Made by a program: the position numbers and the translations under genes. A stretch of DNA of 64,000 bases from positions 143,160,001 through 143,224,000 of the forward strand of contig NC_058368.1 of NCBI RefSeq assembly GCF_018350175.1, read 5' to 3'. The notes beneath the pieces are model-generated. The model saw only the letters and a program-made list of their open reading frames with translations. It had not been told where the DNA came from and did not search any database. This document shows, one piece after another, positions 64,000 to 64,000 of this stretch. The stretch's first letter is position 1. Each line of letters opens with the position of its first letter. This DNA is from Felis catus. Lineage: Eukaryota.

Positions 64000-64000
<1 letters not shown>

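Larger units (their letters stand above)
16898..64000 (-). other. HOMER1: HOMER1 intron 5 (partial; 5' end lies beyond the window)
   Basis: Lies upstream of the exon 6 acceptor. I saw no exon 5 peptide (...TQNALPFSH) or Homer1a tail (RYTFNSAIMIK) on the minus strand. Confidence 0.85.

Noticed and set aside
1..64000. The many 60-180 aa ORFs with motifs such as AQSVKRPTSAQVMIS, SLEPASDSVSPSLS and ERERE
   Set aside because: They are translations of Can-SINE bodies and (CT)n/(GA)n tracts in various frames, not a gene family or repeat-protein system.
1..64000. A prokaryote-style system (CRISPR array, operon, defence island)
   Set aside because: The recurring ~200-bp units are dispersed SINEs with TSDs and A tails, not regularly spaced repeats with spacers; the sequence is a mammalian intron.

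Overview
This window is mammalian genomic DNA, very likely a felid, judged from dozens of tRNA-derived carnivore SINEs of the feline SINEC_Fc type. It lies entirely inside the HOMER1 gene on the minus strand. Three coding exons for the C-terminal coiled-coil region are present with canonical AG/GT boundaries: 16741-16897 (157 bp), 12303-12413 (111 bp) and 11597-11677 (81 bp), which correspond to human exons 6, 7 and 8. Positions 16898-64000 are the large intron 5 (at least 47.1 kb here); exon 5 is not in the window, and neither is the last exon (beyond position 1). The rest is intronic: about 50 Can-SINEs, one near-full-length decayed L1, three older large L1 relics, a MER21-like LTR, an internally deleted Tigger1, MER20, MIR/L2 relics and microsatellites. 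Almost all ORFs in the supplied track are repeat-derived artefacts. The most interesting signals are at the right end, where intron 5 should carry the activity-induced short isoforms. These are a twin AATAAA site, a candidate end of the Homer1a 3'UTR, and about 1.2 kb further downstream a candidate Ania-3-like terminal exon. I found no evidence for a novel multi-gene system. Exon coordinates are exact; repeat boundaries are by-eye estimates (about +/-10 bp for SINEs, more for old L1/MIR/L2).
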